Shown here piece after piece: positions 42,201 to 51,576 of a stretch of 64,000 nt of DNA. Below the pieces are notes generated by a model. That model ran no database searches. It saw only the letters and a program-made list of their open reading frames with translations, and was not told where the DNA came from. A program made the position numbers and the translations under genes. Origin of the DNA: an uncultured delta proteobacterium (GTDB lineage: Bacteria > Myxococcota > Myxococcia > SLRQ01); assembly GCA_963727485.1 (NCBI GenBank), contig CAVSGM010000001.1:576001-640000 (forward strand), written 5' to 3'. Each line of letters begins with the position of its first letter. The stretch's first letter is position 1.

Positions 42201-43993
42201 AGGTCCGCGGGGATGGGGAGGTCGACGGTGGCGAGGCCGCTGTGGAGCACCACGTCCCGGGTGCTCACCACCCGCCCGCCGCTGGCCACGTCGAGGGCCA
42301 GGTGCGAGGGCGCCCCGGGGGTGGCCTGGAGGTCGAGGTGCGCGGTGTCACCGGCGGCGTAGACCGTGTGATCCGCGGAGAGGGACAGGCCGGTGCGGGC
42401 GCCGGCGGTGAGGGTGAGATGGGTCGTGCCCGTCCGCCCATCGGGGGCGGTGGCCTTCAGGTCGAGGTCCTTCGCCCCCAGGGTCCCGATGAAGGGGATG
42501 GCGCCGAGGCCCGAGGCGCCGACCTTCACCGTCCCCAGGCCGAGGGCGGTCACCGTCGCCGCCACCGGGTGGCCGGTGGGGTCGCTCACCGCCACCAGCA
42601 CCTGCGCCGGCAGCCCCACCACCCCGGTCCCGTCGGTCACCGCGGACACCAGCAGGTCGCCGCTCGCCACCGGGAGGGTTCTCTGGGCGTCGACCTCCTG
42701 GCTGGCGGTGTCGGTGACCTTGGCGGCCACCGTGACCTGGTCCTGGGCCCCGCCCGCGGCGAGGCTCGGGGGGAGGCCGAAGGTGAAGTCGAGGCTGCCG
42801 CCGGTGAGGGTGCCGGTGGTGGTCGCCAGGGCGTTGCCGTCGACGTCGGCCTCCACGGTCACCTGGCCGGCGACCTCGCGGCCGAAGAAGTACTGGGCGT
42901 GGACGGTGCCGGTGACGGTGTCGCCGGGCGCGTAGTGGTCCTTCCCGGTGGTGAGCTTCACCTGGAACTTGGGGAGGCTGTAGCGGGCGACGGTCACCTG
43001 CCGCACGGCGCTGCCCCCCTCGGCGCCCACCTTCACCCGCCAGGCGCCGAAGTTCACCTGGGAGGCGAGCGGCAGGCGGGTGGCGGCGATGCCGTAGTCG
43101 TCGGCCTTCACCACCTGGTGGAAGACCTTGTTGCCCTTGGCGTCGATGGCCTCGAAGGTCACGTCGGCGCCCGCGGCCGGGGCGTGGTCGATGCGCGAGA
43201 GGCACAGGGCCCGCAGGTGCATGGTCTGGCCCGGCTGGTAGCGCGGCTTGTCGGTGGTGAGGAGCACCGCCTCGGCGTGGGTCACCTTCGCGTCCCGGGT
43301 GAGGTCCGCGGTGAGGCCGCCGGCGGTGGCGGTGGCAAAGAGGGTGCCGGCGGAGGGATTGGCGGGGGCCGCGAGGGGGATGACGACGCTCCCGTCGGCG
43401 GCGGTGGTGCCCTGGCCGAGGGCGACGGCGGTGCCGTCGGTGGGGGTGTAGCGCACCTCCACCGTGGCGCCTTCCAGGGGCGCGCCGGTGGCGGGGTCGC
43501 GCACGAACGCCCGGGCGTAGGTCGACGCACCGGCGGGGAGCTCCGCCGGGGCCAGGAGCTCGAGGTCGGCGCGGGGGAGGGTGACGTAGAGGTCGCGGGC
43601 GCCGTGGATGCGCCCGGCGGCGGTCGAGACCTCGTAGCGCACCAGGTAGCGGCCGAGGGCGGCGCCGGTGATCGAAGGGTCGAGGCCGGGGACCCGGAGC
43701 GCCACCGTGCGCGTCTCGTGATCGAGGTCGAGGTCCACCGACCGGCTGCCCACCGGGGCGTCCTGCTTCCCGGCGAGGTCGACGAGGGTGAGGGTGAGCC
43801 GCCCCTGGACGTGGGCGGTGGCGACGAGGGGCACCGAGAGGGTGGCGGCGCCATCGGCGACCTGGCTTCTCATCTGCGTCTCGTCGAAGGAGAGGCCCGG
43901 GATCCGGGTCACCTCCGGCGCCGGCAGGGAGCGGCCGCCGGTGCAGGCGGCGAGGACGGCGAGCAGGACGACCGGGACGAGACGGATGCGCAT
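39248..43993 (-). CDS. Alpha-2-macroglobulin family lipoprotein with thioester motif
   Basis: LAAC lipobox; TDKPRYQPG, YSLPKF, VRSYFPETLLF, DSITDW, PHGCFEQ, YPYY; GGAGG RBS. Confidence 0.92.
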   Translation of the reverse strand: MRIRLVPVVLLAVLAACTGGRSLPAPEVTRIPGLSFDETQMRSQVADGAATLSVPLVATAHVQGRLTLTLVDLAGKQDAPVGSRSVDLDLDHETRTVALRVPGLDPSITGAALGRYLVRYEVSTAAGRIHGARDLYVTLPRADLELLAPAELPAGASTYARAFVRDPATGAPLEGATVEVRYTPTDGTAVALGQGTTAADGSVVIPLAAPANPSAGTLFATATAGGLTADLTRDAKVTHAEAVLLTTDKPRYQPGQTMHLRALCLSRIDHAPAAGADVTFEAIDAKGNKVFHQVVKADDYGIAATRLPLASQVNFGAWRVKVGAEGGSAVRQVTVARYSLPKFQVKLTTGKDHYAPGDTVTGTVHAQYFFGREVAGQVTVEADVDGNALATTTGTLTGGSLDFTFGLPPSLAAGGAQDQVTVAAKVTDTASQEVDAQRTLPVASGDLLVSAVTDGTGVVGLPAQVLVAVSDPTGHPVAATVTALGLGTVKVGASGLGAIPFIGTLGAKDLDLKATAPDGRTGTTHLTLTAGARTGLSLSADHTVYAAGDTAHLDLQATPGAPSHLALDVASGGRVVSTRDVVLHSGLATVDLPIPADLSGALVVEASAASSAGRVLHASRTIFVDAHRQLAVKVSAPSTLAPGQSGALDIQVDDASGQGVPAAVGVSVVDPAVFALGAGAPGHDAADLAFAGEVPAPVAGHAAREILGGSGADRQAAARFLFAAAGPHPAWGIDGDSWRDALPKLKDQVQPAFDRDVAALRAVMVSEVKAGSLTAQNAPSVVIQAARGMGDAFGQPLTASADQTRFSVHLVSAGPDEVRGTGDDLSTDLDLYQLLSDGGYYDQGGIWGGFGAPAMGGAAGGTADTGAAAPGTNGPAPATPAMHVRSYFPETLLFQPAVITDPSGHATVPVTAADSITDWKVAATASTLDGRVGDGSGNLDVFQRFFVDVTLPPAITRGDQLQVPVAVYNYTQDPQSVTVTAQPASWYTLVSAPSQTVDLGPGEVKGTTFTVQASGVGTHTFSVAADGASLHDAVSRTLLVQPGGQEVDQGQSGTLKPGTVSTTVTFPADAIPGSDHLAFKVYPGVMAQTVEGIDAVVKQPHGCFEQSTSSTWPDVMVARYYQATGSGTAEMRKQVLDDIQAGYELLVSYQSPQGGFNWWGDDTPGNKILTALGIRILHDMDGLIDIDQGIVTKNADWLAAQQQADGSWPKGDALHMGDEFLSEDPAIVTAFAVEALAVAGGHDSVVAHGEQYLASRVRAGIQAPFTLAIVSRALTEAGSSEAAAALSTLDGEATVDAQGRYTWKAPDLHSWTGATGDSAGLETTAVAAQAFIRAGAYPDAAGGALAYLVAHKNALGVWGQTQSTVQALRAFTESVTGAGKPDVNATLTVTVDGQSAGTITVTPQDSDVVRTLDLSSFATTGAHQVAATMQGTGKLMYQVTGVHHLDWAGGKTAGGVGVAVTHGQTQLAVGGTDLVDVAVANANTGNLDQVLVQVGLAPGMQPVTSTLDSLVAQRLISRWEQGKSGVVLYLTRLAAGQTRSLRFSAVATMAGNLRAPATVAYPYYTPASQAVSPPVAFTVTP

Positions 43994-44214
43994 GGTTCCC
44001 CTCCAGGGCGCCGGGACGTGGCGCCGCGAGGGGAGTGCATCAGCAAGCCATGTGCCAGCGGTTCCGGCGCGCGGGCATCCGAGGGATGTCGCGGCCTTGC
44101 GCTCGCCGGGCGCAGCGGGCGGCAACCGTCGTGGTCACGGATTCCTAGAGTGCTCACGGGAATCCCCGACAGTCGTGTCTTGCCTGGCGGGGTCGGCCCG
44201 GGACGCCGGGGCGC

Positions 44215-44623
44215 TCACCCGCGCGACTGGACGAGCTTCCACCCGTTGCCCGAGGGGTCGCGGAAGCTCGCGTCGACGCTGCCGTAGCGCTCCACCGGCG
44301 CCTGGGTGAACTCGACCCCGCGCTCGCGCATCGGCCGCGTAGGCCTTCTGGCAGTCGTCGACCACCATCACCAGCGGCGGCATGGCGCCCTTGGCCACCA
44401 GCGCCCGGAGGGTCCGGGCGGTGTCGGCGTCGACCATCGGCGACTCGGGGACGAAGAGGCCGAGCTGGAACGACGGCTGGTCCGGGTGCCGCACCGTGAG
44501 CCACCGGTAGTCGCCGTTCTTCACGTCGGTGTGGACCTGGAAGCCCACCTTCCCCACGTAGAACTCGAGGGCCTCGTCCTGGTCCTGCACGTAGATCCCC
44601 ACGACCTCGACACCCTGGCTCAT
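44215..44623 (-). CDS. VOC family protein; apparent frameshift near 44330
   Basis: IYVQDQDEALEFY, YRWLTV, VDDCQKAY, then GVEF...FRDPSGNGWKLVQ in another frame. Confidence 0.85.
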
Positions 44624-44645
44624 GACGGCACTCCTCGTTCCCGGG

Positions 44646-45107
44646 CTACTTCTTCTTCCTGGAGAGGTTGAACGCGACGGCGGCCTGGACGAGCTCGGCG
44701 AACGCCGCCTCGTCGAGGGCGTCGCCCTCGTACAGGTCGATGGCGCGCCACTTCCCGCCGCCGAGGCCCGCGTTGAACAGGCCGTGGGGGTCGGGGAGCT
44801 GGGCGCCGTCGTTGAAGGTCAGCTTGACCTTGTCCTTGTGGGCGTTGGTCACGGCGAGGATGCCCTGGTGCGAGTAGACCGGGCTGCCCATCCACTTCCA
44901 CTCCTCGACGACGTCGGGGTCGGCGGCGTGGAAGAGCGCGCGGATGCGCGCGAGGAGCGCGCCGCGCCAGTCGTCGCGCTCGGCGAGGTAGGCGTCGATG
45001 CGCTCGGAAGCGGGGACGTCGTCGCCGGCGGCGGCCTTCTTGGGCCGGGCCTGGGTGGGCCGGGCCTTGGTGGCCTTCTTCTTCGTGCTCTTCTTCGTGG
45101 TGGGCAT
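44646..45107 (-). CDS. DUF1801 (YdhG-like) protein
   Basis: DWRGALL, EEWKWMGSPV, KVKLTF, DPHGLFN, RAID. Confidence 0.85.
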   Translation of the reverse strand: MPTTKKSTKKKATKARPTQARPKKAAAGDDVPASERIDAYLAERDDWRGALLARIRALFHAADPDVVEEWKWMGSPVYSHQGILAVTNAHKDKVKLTFNDGAQLPDPHGLFNAGLGGGKWRAIDLYEGDALDEAAFAELVQAAVAFNLSRKKK

Positions 45108-45118
45108 GGGGCTCCTCT

Positions 45119-45589
45119 TCAGCGCACGGCCTGCTTCACCAGCGCGACGATCGCGGCCTCCACCTGTGGCGTCAACGCCTGGAGCGCATAGGACGTCGGC
45201 CACAGGTCGCCGTCGTCGAGGTGGGCCTGGTCGCTGAAGCCGAGGGTCGCGTACCGGGTCTTGAACTTCTGCCCGCTCTGGAAGAAGCAGAGCACCTTGC
45301 CGTCCTTGGCGTACGCGGGCATCCCGTACCAGGTCCGCGGCTCGAGGGATGGTGCGGTGGCCCGTATCAGCGCGTGGAGCCGCGTGGCCAGGTCGCGATC
45401 GGGCTCGGACATCTCGGCGATCCTGGCGAGGACCTCCGCCTCCCCGCTGACCTGCTTGCCCTTGGCGCCGCGCGCCGCCTTCAGCTCCCGGGCGCGGTCC
45501 TTCATGGCCGCGCGCTCCTCGGCGCTGAACCCGTCGCCGGCGCCGTCCTTGCCGCTCGCGCGCCGGGTGGTCTTCTTCTTCGTGGCCAT
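45119..45589 (-). CDS. DUF1801 (YdhG-like) protein
   Basis: FSAEERAAMK, TWYGMPAY, CFFQ, RYATLGFSD, WPTSYAL. Confidence 0.85.
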   Translation of the reverse strand: MATKKKTTRRASGKDGAGDGFSAEERAAMKDRARELKAARGAKGKQVSGEAEVLARIAEMSEPDRDLATRLHALIRATAPSLEPRTWYGMPAYAKDGKVLCFFQSGQKFKTRYATLGFSDQAHLDDGDLWPTSYALQALTPQVEAAIVALVKQAVR

Positions 45590-45597
45590 GGTCTTCC

Positions 45598-46058
45598 TCA
45601 CGCAGGCGCCGGCGAGGCGACCGCGGGGTGCGGGCTCTGCCGGCGACGCCACAGTAGGTACGAGCCGGCCCAGAGCACCCCGGTGCCCACCGCCCAGCCC
45701 CAGGCCTGCGGGCCGTCGCCCACCACCAGGTGCGCGACGAGCGCCGAGGCGAGATCGATGGCGAAGCCGGCGTAGGCCCACTCCTTGAGCCGCGCCGGCA
45801 ACGGCGCCAGGAGCAGCACCACCCCGGCGAACTTCGCCCACGAGAGCTCCACCCGGAAGTAGTCGGGGAAGCCGAGGTGGGTGAACGCCGCGGCCACCTG
45901 GGGCAGGTGCAGCTGAGCGTAGCCGGTGAAGGTCATCTGCAGGCAGAAGACGCCGGTGACGATCCAGAAGGCGATGGCGAGGCCCCGCCCGGTCTTCGCT
46001 GACTCCGCCGGGGCGCGACCGGTGCCTGCGTGCGAGTCTGTTCGCTGGTCTGGCTCAT
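45598..46058 (-). CDS. DoxX family membrane protein (5' end frameshifted or fused)
   Basis: FWIVTG, HLGFPDYFR, RLKEWAYAGF, AHLVVGD. Confidence 0.8.
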
Positions 46059-46530
46059 GGGTCCTCCGTGTGGTCGGACCCGTTGGTATCGCGGCCTCCC
46101 GTCGCCGCTTCTCCGAAACTGCAATCCTCAGGTCCGGCCTGTTGGCGGCGCTGAGGAAGCAGGGGGGCACGTGCTCCAGCCGGTGGACGGCCGCCCGCTC
46201 GCGTACCCGTCGCTCCCCGGGGCTCTCGCCGGTGACGTCGCGGAAGGTCCGCCCGAAGGTGCCCAGGCTGCTCCACCCGGCCTGGAGGGCGACCTCGGTG
46301 ATCGACAGCTCGGTGTCCCGGAGCAGGGCGGCGGCCCGCTCGATGCGCCGGGTGAGGAGGTAGCGGTGCGGGGGCACCCCGAACGCCTCCTTGAACGACC
46401 GGGCGAAGTGGGCCTCGGAGACCCCGCTCACCCGGGCCAGCCGCGCCACCGGCCAGTCCTCGTGGGAGGCGGCGTCCATGTGGTCCTTGGCGCGCAGGAG
46501 GCGGCGGAGGAGCTCGGGGTCCTGGGGCAC
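46055..46530 (-). CDS. AraC family transcriptional regulator
   Basis: RRLLRAKDHMD, SEAHFARSFKEAFG, RRIERA, SLGTFGRTF; GTG at 46530; as sequenced it reads through into DoxX. Confidence 0.88.
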
Positions 46531-47058
46531 GGGCGGGATGATGCGTGGAGCCGGTGTCGTGGGCAAGGGCTGGCGGGCTGCCGCTCCAGACCCGTGTAAG
46601 GCTATCCGGCTGCCGAGGCGGCTTACGACCCGCCGCCCAACGACTACGCCTTCTCGAGGGATGAGCAGTTCCACGTGTATCGACTCCGGAACGAGCCGGC
46701 GGTCGCTGTCTTCCAGCGTAGGCACGAGAACATGATCCTTCCCTGCTCCACGGAGAGGCCTACGTCCGCACGCCGGGCGTCCGGTTCTGTCGCAAGGGCG
46801 CGGGTTGCCAGCTCTTCCTCGGCGCCACACGTGACTTGGAATCGCCCTTGCCGACTGCATGCGCGTCGCTGTGAGTCAACCGGCGCCTTCAGCGGCTGTC
46901 CGGGTGTGACGCTTACCGATGGTTCAAGCGCCACATGTGAGCTCCGGCTGGCCCTGCAAGGGCAATCGTTAAGTAAAGTACCCTAGTATACATGATGAAG
47001 TGGTGCTAGCCTCCAGAAGCCAGCCATGGGTTGTCATCGAAAACTCGGAGGCGAAGAC

Positions 47059-47616
47059 ATGCGTGGGAGCTGGGATTGGTCCGAGGAGCAGCTGCAGCGG
47101 GCGTTTGCGGAGGGACTGCAGGAGGCCAGTAATGTTGCCAAATGCTGGAACGAGAGACCCTGGACGGTCTGGACGCAACTTGCGTCAGCTGCGTTGGGTT
47201 CGGCCGCTGGTAAAGCGGCCAGCGACCGCGGGGGCATAGGCGATATCCAAGTTGCCTGGAAAGGGCATCCGGATGCTCACGGTCGCAGCGAGTACCTAAG
47301 CCTGGATGTCGCTGTCTACGACAATGACAACTGGAACTCTCTGTTCTTCGCTGCCGAACATGAGAACAACTACGATGCAGAGAAGATCGAGTACTGCGCT
47401 TGGAAGCTACTCCTGGTTGACTCGGAGATTCGGGTCCTGGTCGCCTACTTTGGTGTACACGGAGGCTACGCAGGTTTCGACGAACTCGTTGCAGGAGTTG
47501 ACTCGGTGCCGAAGTCCCACCCTGACAAGGCGCTTTACGTCGTGGCCGCGAACGCCAACGCCCACTTGGAGGATGGGGAGATGCCGGACTACAGCGTAAG
47601 AAAGCTGGCAAACTGA
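47059..47616 (+). CDS. Hypothetical protein, possible PD-(D/E)xK-like nuclease fold
   Basis: GGAGG RBS; EYLSLDVAVY...AAEHEN...WKLL; lower GC than the flanks. Confidence 0.55.
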   Translation: MRGSWDWSEEQLQRAFAEGLQEASNVAKCWNERPWTVWTQLASAALGSAAGKAASDRGGIGDIQVAWKGHPDAHGRSEYLSLDVAVYDNDNWNSLFFAAEHENNYDAEKIEYCAWKLLLVDSEIRVLVAYFGVHGGYAGFDELVAGVDSVPKSHPDKALYVVAANANAHLEDGEMPDYSVRKLAN

Positions 47617-47626
47617 GGGGTGCAGG

Positions 47627-48076
47627 ATGGATGGTTCTTCAGTCGTGGAGATGAAGAAGCTCACGGAGGAGTTCTTCTTCCAACATTGGGCGGGCAACGA
47701 CCCTCCAGACTGGTCAGAACCTTGGGAGATGATAGGGCCTACTCCGAATCACCAACTCCAGGGCTGTTATGCAATCGCCACTCCATCCAACCGGGTGGTC
47801 TATGTTGGCGTGGCGGTTAGTCGTGGTGCAGGAATGTACCGGGGCTTTGGCCTCTCGAACCGCATCAATGCTCACACTCGTCGGCTTCCAAAGAAGTCGG
47901 GAGATCCTCCGCACATCTTCCGGTACCGGTTCATCGAGCGCTGGCAAGAGTGGGGCGCGGACCGCATCTACACCATCGGCTTTGAACGCAAGGTTGCCTA
48001 CCTGGCCGTTGCTTTGGAGGTGTTTCTGATCAACGGGCTCGTTGGATTGGCGAACTCCCAGCGGCCCGCGTCCTGA
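47627..48076 (+). CDS. GIY-YIG-like nuclease
   Basis: GCY-x10-YVG, LSNRINAH, ALEVFLI, terminal N. Confidence 0.6.
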   Translation: MDGSSVVEMKKLTEEFFFQHWAGNDPPDWSEPWEMIGPTPNHQLQGCYAIATPSNRVVYVGVAVSRGAGMYRGFGLSNRINAHTRRLPKKSGDPPHIFRYRFIERWQEWGADRIYTIGFERKVAYLAVALEVFLINGLVGLANSQRPAS

Positions 48077-48164
48077 CTTAGTCCTCAGGCCGGCCGTGAG
48101 CCCGGTGGTCCACTCACCTCATGCGGTCCCCTGATGAGGCTGGGCGCCTACGCAGGGCCAGAGC

Positions 48165-50267
48165 CTAGACGGTGAAGCCGACTGGGAGGCCCGATGCACT
48201 CGACTGAAAAACCTCGCCCCGGATGCGTCGCAGCACCTCCGCGAGCCCGGGCCGTTCCCCCAGCACCCGCACCCGTCGCGCCACCACCGCCACGTCCCCC
48301 GCGGTCACCCCCTGGAGCCGCCGCATTGCCCGGGTCACCGCCCCGCGCTCCCCAGGCGTCAGCGCCCGCTCCAGCACCTCGCCGACCAGCACCGCGAGCC
48401 CCGCCGCATCCAGCGGCTTGAGCTCCACCTTGAACAGGAAGCGACGCAGCGCCGCGGGGTCGATCTCGTCCCAGAGGTTCGTGGTGCACGCGACCACGCC
48501 GCCAAACGACTCGAGCTGCTGCAGGACCTCGTCCACGACGGACAGCTCCCAGCCGTGGGTGGCGCCGCGGCGGTCGCGGAGCAGGGCGTCCACCTCGTCG
48601 AAGAGGAGCACCGCACCGGTGGCCTCGGCCTCGCGGAAGGCGTCGGCGATGGCGCGCTCGGTCTCCCCGAGAAAGCTGCCCAGGAGGTCCGAGCCCCGCC
48701 GCGCCACGACCGGCCGCCCCATCCGCCACGCGAGGTACCGGACGTAGGCGCTCTTGCCCGTCCCCGGCGGCCCGTAGAGGCACAGGGAGATCCCGCCGGC
48801 GCCCGGCGTCCACCCGGCGAGTTGGTCCGCCAGGGAGGCCGAATCCTCGGAGGCCCGCACCGCCTCCAGCTTGTAGCTGGCAGGCTCGAAGGTCACCGGG
48901 GCGCGCACCGGCCTGCCGGTTACCAGGGCCACCGAGGGCGCGAGCACCTGCTCCAGGGTCTCCCGCGACACCCCGCCGTCCTCGGAGACCAACCGCGCCG
49001 CCGACACCGCCGAGGCGAGCTGCGCCGGGGCCGCGTCGTAGCGGTTGGCGATGGCCTCCACCTCGACCTCGCTGAGGCCAGCGCCCCCCTCACCCAGGTG
49101 CCGGCGGAGCACCTGCTGGCGCTCCGGTGCCCCCAGCGACGGGAAGCGGATCACGTACCCGAAGCGCCGGAGAAACGCCGGGTCCATGTCGTCCACGTCG
49201 TTGGAGATCCAGATGGTGGGCACCGGGTTGCCCTCGAGGATGGCGTTGAACCACTGCTTGGACATCAGCGCCGCCGACGCCCCGGGGAAGATGCTCTGGA
49301 CGAAGACGTCCTCGAGCTCGTCGAAGAGGAGCAAGGCCGGCGTCCGGGCCAGGAGCTGGTGGCCGAGCTGGAGCGACGAGAGCCGGTCGCTCGCCGACGG
49401 CGTGCGCCCACTGCCGTCGGAGAGGCCGGCGACGTAGAGAGGCACCTCGAGGCGGCGAGCCAGGAGCCGCGCCAGCTCGGTCTTGCCGGTGCCGGTGGTG
49501 CCCACCAGGAGCACGTTGACCCCGCGGCGGCGGGTCTCGAGCGCCCGGCCCAGCAGGCGCTCCGCCAGCTCGACCTCGTCGGCGAGCCGGGCGAAGTCCG
49601 AGACCTCGAGGGTCGGAGGCGGCGCCGGGTCGAGGTAGTGGCGCAGCAGCTGCTCGGCGTCGAGCCCGGGCATGCGCACCAGGTCCGAGAGGCCCTCCTT
49701 GATCTCGATGTTGGCATCTCGCCAGTTGGTCTCGATCCGGCGCGCCAGCCCCCCAGCGACCAGGGGCGCCCTGCCGTGCGTGGCCGCGAGCACATGGGTC
49801 ACAGGCACCGCCAGCGCGTCGGCGATGCCCTCCGGCCCCTGGGGCTCGTGGCTGCGCAACGAGGCGAGGAAGTCCCGAAGGAGCCGGCTGGTACGCAGGG
49901 CGACCAGGTAGGTGAGCACCTGTCGGTCCAGGGTGCCGAGGTCGGCGATTCGTGCCAGGGTCCGGAGGCTGGTGCGCACGGGCTCGTCGGGCTCGGGTAC
50001 CGGGCCGGGCTGCGTGATCCGGGTGCGCAGGTGCCGCCGAACCCGCTCTGTCGCCGTGGCAGGATCCCGTGCGGCGCGTGTTCCACCGACCAGGGCCTGG
50101 AAGACCGGCGATTCGTCGAGCACCTCCGCTGCCAGCTCGTCCAGGCCGTTGGGCCCCACGACGAGCAGGAGGTTGTGAGCCCAGGCGAGGACGCACGGCC
50201 CGAACGGGTCGTTGGCGAGGGCTGGCGGCAGGGCGTGCTGCGCCGGGGATCGGGGCCGCGGGCTCAT
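48165..50267 (-). CDS. Tandem-domain AAA+ ATPase
   Basis: GTTGTGKT / LLLFDE / DPAFLRRF and GPPGTGKS / LLFDE / TTN / DPAALRRF. Confidence 0.92.
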   Translation of the reverse strand: MSPRPRSPAQHALPPALANDPFGPCVLAWAHNLLLVVGPNGLDELAAEVLDESPVFQALVGGTRAARDPATATERVRRHLRTRITQPGPVPEPDEPVRTSLRTLARIADLGTLDRQVLTYLVALRTSRLLRDFLASLRSHEPQGPEGIADALAVPVTHVLAATHGRAPLVAGGLARRIETNWRDANIEIKEGLSDLVRMPGLDAEQLLRHYLDPAPPPTLEVSDFARLADEVELAERLLGRALETRRRGVNVLLVGTTGTGKTELARLLARRLEVPLYVAGLSDGSGRTPSASDRLSSLQLGHQLLARTPALLLFDELEDVFVQSIFPGASAALMSKQWFNAILEGNPVPTIWISNDVDDMDPAFLRRFGYVIRFPSLGAPERQQVLRRHLGEGGAGLSEVEVEAIANRYDAAPAQLASAVSAARLVSEDGGVSRETLEQVLAPSVALVTGRPVRAPVTFEPASYKLEAVRASEDSASLADQLAGWTPGAGGISLCLYGPPGTGKSAYVRYLAWRMGRPVVARRGSDLLGSFLGETERAIADAFREAEATGAVLLFDEVDALLRDRRGATHGWELSVVDEVLQQLESFGGVVACTTNLWDEIDPAALRRFLFKVELKPLDAAGLAVLVGEVLERALTPGERGAVTRAMRRLQGVTAGDVAVVARRVRVLGERPGLAEVLRRIRGEVFQSSASGLPVGFTV

Positions 50268-50274
50268 CCCCCGT

Positions 50275-50306
50275 TCAATACGCCCCCGGTGTGACAGTCC
50301 GGGTCA
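50275..50306 (-). promoter_or_regulatory. PafBC-like promoter TGTCAC-N10-TATTGA with an overlapping TGAC-N7-GTCA palindrome
   Basis: The -10-like box ends 7 nt before the ATG at 50267; the last base deviates from TANNNT. Confidence 0.45.
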
Positions 50307-50413
50307 GACGGAAACCCGCCGGGTGATTCCTGGCTTCACCGGGCCAGCAGCGCGAGACCCGGGTAGAGTAGAACCCGCGTACTCTAATCCCTTGGACGGG
50401 GGGCTCGGCACAG

Positions 50414-50884
50414 ATGGACATCTACAGCATCGGAACCTTGCTCGTGGCTGGTGCGGCGCTGATCGCCTCGATCGTGAGCGTCCTGGAGATGCGTCGGCAG
50501 CGGCGCAACGACATCAAGCCCGTGCTTGCGGTCATCGAGAAGACGGCGTTGGACAAGGACACGGGAAAAAGAAGCTTGCACCTGTTTCTGGTGAACATGG
50601 GCCGGGCCGCTGCGCTGGATGTCCAGGTCACAACAGACCCGCCCGACCTGGTCAAGAAGCCTCACCAGACAGTCGTGGCACCAAACCGGCGGATCAAGCT
50701 GGCCTCGAACTACGAGCCGGAAGTCCTGCCATCCTTGAAGCTCGAAGCGGAGTACTCCGACCTGGACGGAACCACCTACCTGGATACGATTCTGGGGCAA
50801 CAAGGTGCAGCCGAGCGATGGCGGGGCGCGGCATGTCATCGAGCGGTGCCCTCGGAAGGACTCGAAGCGGCGGGCAAAGGTTGA
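50414..50884 (+). CDS. Hypothetical protein with N-terminal TM helix
   Basis: TM segment followed by NMGRAAALDV; lower GC. Confidence 0.6.
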   Translation: MDIYSIGTLLVAGAALIASIVSVLEMRRQRRNDIKPVLAVIEKTALDKDTGKRSLHLFLVNMGRAAALDVQVTTDPPDLVKKPHQTVVAPNRRIKLASNYEPEVLPSLKLEAEYSDLDGTTYLDTILGQQGAAERWRGAACHRAVPSEGLEAAGKG

Positions 50885-50971
50885 CAGGCCCTCCACCGAG
50901 CAGAGTCCCACCCCCAATGTGGGGCTGGGCTAGCGTCAGGAAGCGTCAAGACGAGGGAGGGACCAGGATTC

Positions 50972-51535
50972 ATGGCCGAACACTTCAAGTGGTTCTCTGA
51001 CTGGCAGGGCCGTCACGTCCAGTGTGGCTGCGGATGGTCAGGCGAGCTGACCAGCGACGCGGGGGATCCGTACGAGTCGCTCCTCGAAACGAACTGCGGT
51101 GCCCCGGGTGCGATGCCCTGCTCGCCACGGTCAGCTATCCCATGGAGGACGAGATCGAGGCGGCCAAGGACGCGGGTGACCCGCAGGCCATCGGGATGTG
51201 GGACCGGGTCCTGGCGGTGCGCGTGCGGCGCGCCCGACAGCTAAGACACAGGACATCGATGTCGACGCGCTTCCGGACCTGGCGGGCGACGCGCTGATCT
51301 TCGAGTTCGACGCGGAGAAGGTCGATGACGAGCGCTGGTACGTCGTTCGTCACGAGGACGTGAGCTGTGGCGAGAGCTCTCGGCCTGGGAGGATTGGCCT
51401 CGCTTCAACGCGATCAAGGACCTCCTCAAGGCTCGGTACGGCAGCCAGTTCCATCGGATCGAGCCCACCCAGGCCGCGGAGACGTCCCTGCTCGGCGACA
51501 GCATCTCGGCAATCTCCAAGCTCGAGTTCTCGTAG
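50972..51535 (+). CDS. Hypothetical Zn-ribbon protein, several apparent frameshifts
   Basis: CGCGWSG...CPGC, then WEDWPRFNAIKDLLKARYG...LLGD stitched across frames. Confidence 0.5.
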
Positions 51536-51576
51536 CTGGGGAGGGTCCAGGGGCCGCGCCCGCGGTTGTCCCCGGC

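Noticed and set aside
46644..46934. 96-aa minus-strand ORF in the lower-GC islet
   Set aside because: No recognisable motif or RBS; it may be a gene remnant but cannot be supported.
46635..46974. Integron attC site (GCCCAAC ... GTTAAGT)
   Set aside because: The two boxes are about 330 bp apart, far longer than an attC site; no internal symmetry is evident and there is no intI.
27241..50327. Dispersed partial copies of the 16-bp unit (GCCGGGTGATG at 27241, CGCCGGGTGAT at 50317)
   Set aside because: 11-bp GC-rich matches can arise by chance in 64 kb of this composition.
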